The notes under the pieces: generated by a model | What the model saw: only the letters and a program-made list of their open reading frames with translations | What the model was told of the DNA's origin: nothing | Database searches by the model: none | Part shown: positions 62,127 through 64,000 of the stretch, piece after piece | Position numbering within the stretch: the stretch's first letter is position 1 | Layout: every line of letters begins with the position of its first letter | From: Coriobacteriia bacterium | Lineage (GTDB): Bacteria > Actinomycetota > Coriobacteriia > Anaerosomatales > JBAZZO01 | Length of the DNA: 64,000 nt | Reading direction: 5' to 3' | NCBI GenBank assembly: GCA_041658765.1 | Contig: JBAZZO010000010.1 | Span: 2,360-66,359, forward strand | Made by a program: the position numbers and the translations under genes

Positions 62127-62969
62127 TCACGCCCTGTCCCGCGAGGTGACGATCGCGTAGAGCGCGTTCCGGCGCACCCCTCTCTCCTTCGCGACCGCGC
62201 GCACGGCCTCGGAACGGGACGTGCCGCCCGATACGAGCGCGTCCACCGCCGCGAGCAACGCCTCTTCTTCGAGCGGTTCGGCCGGTGCATCCCGCGAGGG
62301 CGGACCGACCAGAAGGACCACCTCGCCCTTCAACTCGCATCCGGCATACCGCTGGGCGAGATCCGCGACGTCGCCCCTCTCGACCTCCTCGAAGAGCTTG
62401 GTCAGCTCGCGCGCGAGCGCGGCGCGGCGGCCCGGCATGACCTGGGCCATGACGGCGAGTGAGGCGGCCGCCCGCCGAGGTGATTCGTAGAAGACCAGCG
62501 TCGCATCGAGCCCCCCTACCGCTTCGAGCGCCTTTCGGATCTCCCCGCGCTTGCGCGGGAGGAAGCCACCGAAATAGAAGGCGTGCGTCGGCAGGCCCGA
62601 GGCGACGAGCGCCGTGAGGATGGCCGAGGGGCCGGGGAGGACCTCGACCGGCAGCCCCGCCTCGAGACATGCGTCGACCAGGTGGGCGCCGGGGTCCGAC
62701 ACGCCTGGAGTCCCCGCATCGGAGACCAGAGCGACACGCTGTCCGGCCTCGACGCGCGCGACCACCTCCGGCGTCCTGCGGACCAGGTTGCGCGCGTGGT
62801 AGGGCTCGAGACGCGTGGTGATCCCGTGGCGCGCGAGCAGGCGGCGTGTCACCCGCGTGTCCTCGGCCTCGATGACGTCGGCGTCCCTGAGCGCGTCCAG
62901 CACGCGCAGCGTGACGTCGCCCAGGTTCCCGATGGGCGTCGCGCAGACGACGAGGAGACCGTCGCCCAC
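62127..62969 (-). CDS. rsmI: 16S rRNA (cytidine1402-2'-O)-methyltransferase
   Basis: Track ORF 62127..63878 trimmed to GTG 62969. LLVVCATPIGNLGDVTLR...EDTR...SDAGTP.VSDPG. Confidence 0.9.
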   Translation of the reverse strand: MGDGLLVVCATPIGNLGDVTLRVLDALRDADVIEAEDTRVTRRLLARHGITTRLEPYHARNLVRRTPEVVARVEAGQRVALVSDAGTPGVSDPGAHLVDACLEAGLPVEVLPGPSAILTALVASGLPTHAFYFGGFLPRKRGEIRKALEAVGGLDATLVFYESPRRAAASLAVMAQVMPGRRAALARELTKLFEEVERGDVADLAQRYAGCELKGEVVLLVGPPSRDAPAEPLEEEALLAAVDALVSGGTSRSEAVRAVAKERGVRRNALYAIVTSRDRA

Positions 62970-62974
62970 GGGCG

Positions 62975-63979
62975 CTACCCTGCCGCGGCGGGCTGCTCGA
63001 CGGCGGACACGAGGGCCTCCCGCCCCGTGAGCCGCCTGAAGAAGACCGTCCACGCGGCCGAGACGTACGTCCCGTAGACCGCCGAGAGCAGGAGCATGAC
63101 GGCGATGAGGATGGCGCAGAGGACCGCGACCACCATCCAGGCGCTGGCGATGACGGCTACGACGACAGGGACGGCCAGTATGGCCGCGACGACCCCGACG
63201 GCGAGACCGAAAGCCATGCCCGTGACGAGCATCGTGAGCCACATGAGCACCACGTCCTTGAAGCGATGGCGCACGTCCCGCCATGCGGCTCCGAGCGCGT
63301 GTCCGACGGTCAGTCCGCCCAGGACCCCGTAGCGCAGGGCGAGCGGCTCCACGAGACCGATGAGGAACGCGAGCGCGGTGAACGCCACGACCGAGAGGGC
63401 CAGGACGCCGCAACCGCCGGCGAGAAGAGCGCCGGCGGCGGCCCTCGCTATGTCGCCGCTGCTCGAGAAGCCCGCGGCCGCGGCCCCCGCGATCGCGACG
63501 GCCACCACGGCGCCGACGACCAGCGCGAGGATGATGATCGGCAGCGCGACGACGAACTCGATGAGGAAGACTCGGCCCCACTTCGAGAAGCCCGCGTCCC
63601 ACCCCGCGAGCGCGCGGACCGGACGGCCCTCCTCGGCTTCCTCTACGAGATGGACGAGCCCGCCTCTGGCCGCGACCCCGAGGATCCACAACACGAGCGA
63701 AAGGACGAGGAACGCGACGGCCACTCCGACGAGCAGCGCGACGTTGTCGCGGACGAACGCCTGGGCGCGCAAGGCGGCCGCCGAGCTTCCGGAGAAGTCC
63801 TCTTTCCCGAATCGGTATCCGGAGTTCCCTCCTCCGCCACCCATGCCCGACGCGCCGACGAAGACCCCGAAGATCCACAGCACCTTGTAGCGCCAGGTCA
63901 CCCCGATCGCGCGCTTGACGATGTCGACGTAGTCCACGGGTCTCCTCCTGTCGAGTGTCGGTTCAGTCCACCGTGACAA
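62975..63979 (-). CDS. polytopic membrane protein, function unknown
   Basis: Track ORF, 334 aa, with at least 6 hydrophobic helices and Gly-rich loops. It lies upstream of rsmI on the same strand. The start is uncertain. Confidence 0.5.
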   Translation of the reverse strand: MSRWTEPTLDRRRPVDYVDIVKRAIGVTWRYKVLWIFGVFVGASGMGGGGGNSGYRFGKEDFSGSSAAALRAQAFVRDNVALLVGVAVAFLVLSLVLWILGVAARGGLVHLVEEAEEGRPVRALAGWDAGFSKWGRVFLIEFVVALPIIILALVVGAVVAVAIAGAAAAGFSSSGDIARAAAGALLAGGCGVLALSVVAFTALAFLIGLVEPLALRYGVLGGLTVGHALGAAWRDVRHRFKDVVLMWLTMLVTGMAFGLAVGVVAAILAVPVVVAVIASAWMVVAVLCAILIAVMLLLSAVYGTYVSAAWTVFFRRLTGREALVSAVEQPAAAG

Positions 63980-64000
63980 GCTCGTACGCGCGCGAACCGA

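Overview
Visibly GC-rich (roughly two-thirds G+C by eye) chromosomal segment of a Gram-positive-type bacterium. Gene content suggests a high-GC lineage that keeps Bacillus-like core synteny; this is inference only. Many long ORFs in the track are antisense or out-of-frame shadows with R/A/P/G-rich translations. I trimmed or ignored those. Layout: (i) 1-13.9 kb is an accessory island that ends at an initiator-type tRNA-Met gene. It carries a PRTase-like + P-loop NTPase pair, an AbiE-like pair, a GSU2403-type nucleotidyltransferase, two DUF4386 modules, VapBC, DUF4143 ATPases (one truncated), Fic, gene debris, 62-bp direct repeats and a decayed copy of the tRNA 3' end. (ii) 14-31.7 kb is core genome: NlpC/P60 hydrolase, TldD/PmbA, a V/A-type ATPase operon (G-I-K-E-C-F-A-B-x-D with one extra small ORF), CapA, DUF951 and the ACT/UPF0210 pair. 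(iii) 31.9-35.1 kb is an uncharacterised secreted-protein/surface locus coupled to a LytTR response regulator. (iv) 35.2-48.7 kb holds an NfnAB-like oxidoreductase, a ~10-kb envelope glycosylation/modification cluster and ApbE. (v) 49-64 kb holds an M23 peptidase followed by pth-ctc-prs-glmU-tRNAGln-spoVG-ispE-veg-rsmA-yabE-tatD-metG/abrB-rsmI. No rRNA, CRISPR array, transposase or intact integrase was seen. The two best candidates for something undescribed are the PRTase-like/NTPase operon at the left edge and the central surface-protein/LytTR locus. All family assignments come from motif recognition by eye, with no database search. Elements I located by hand may be off by 1-3 nt.
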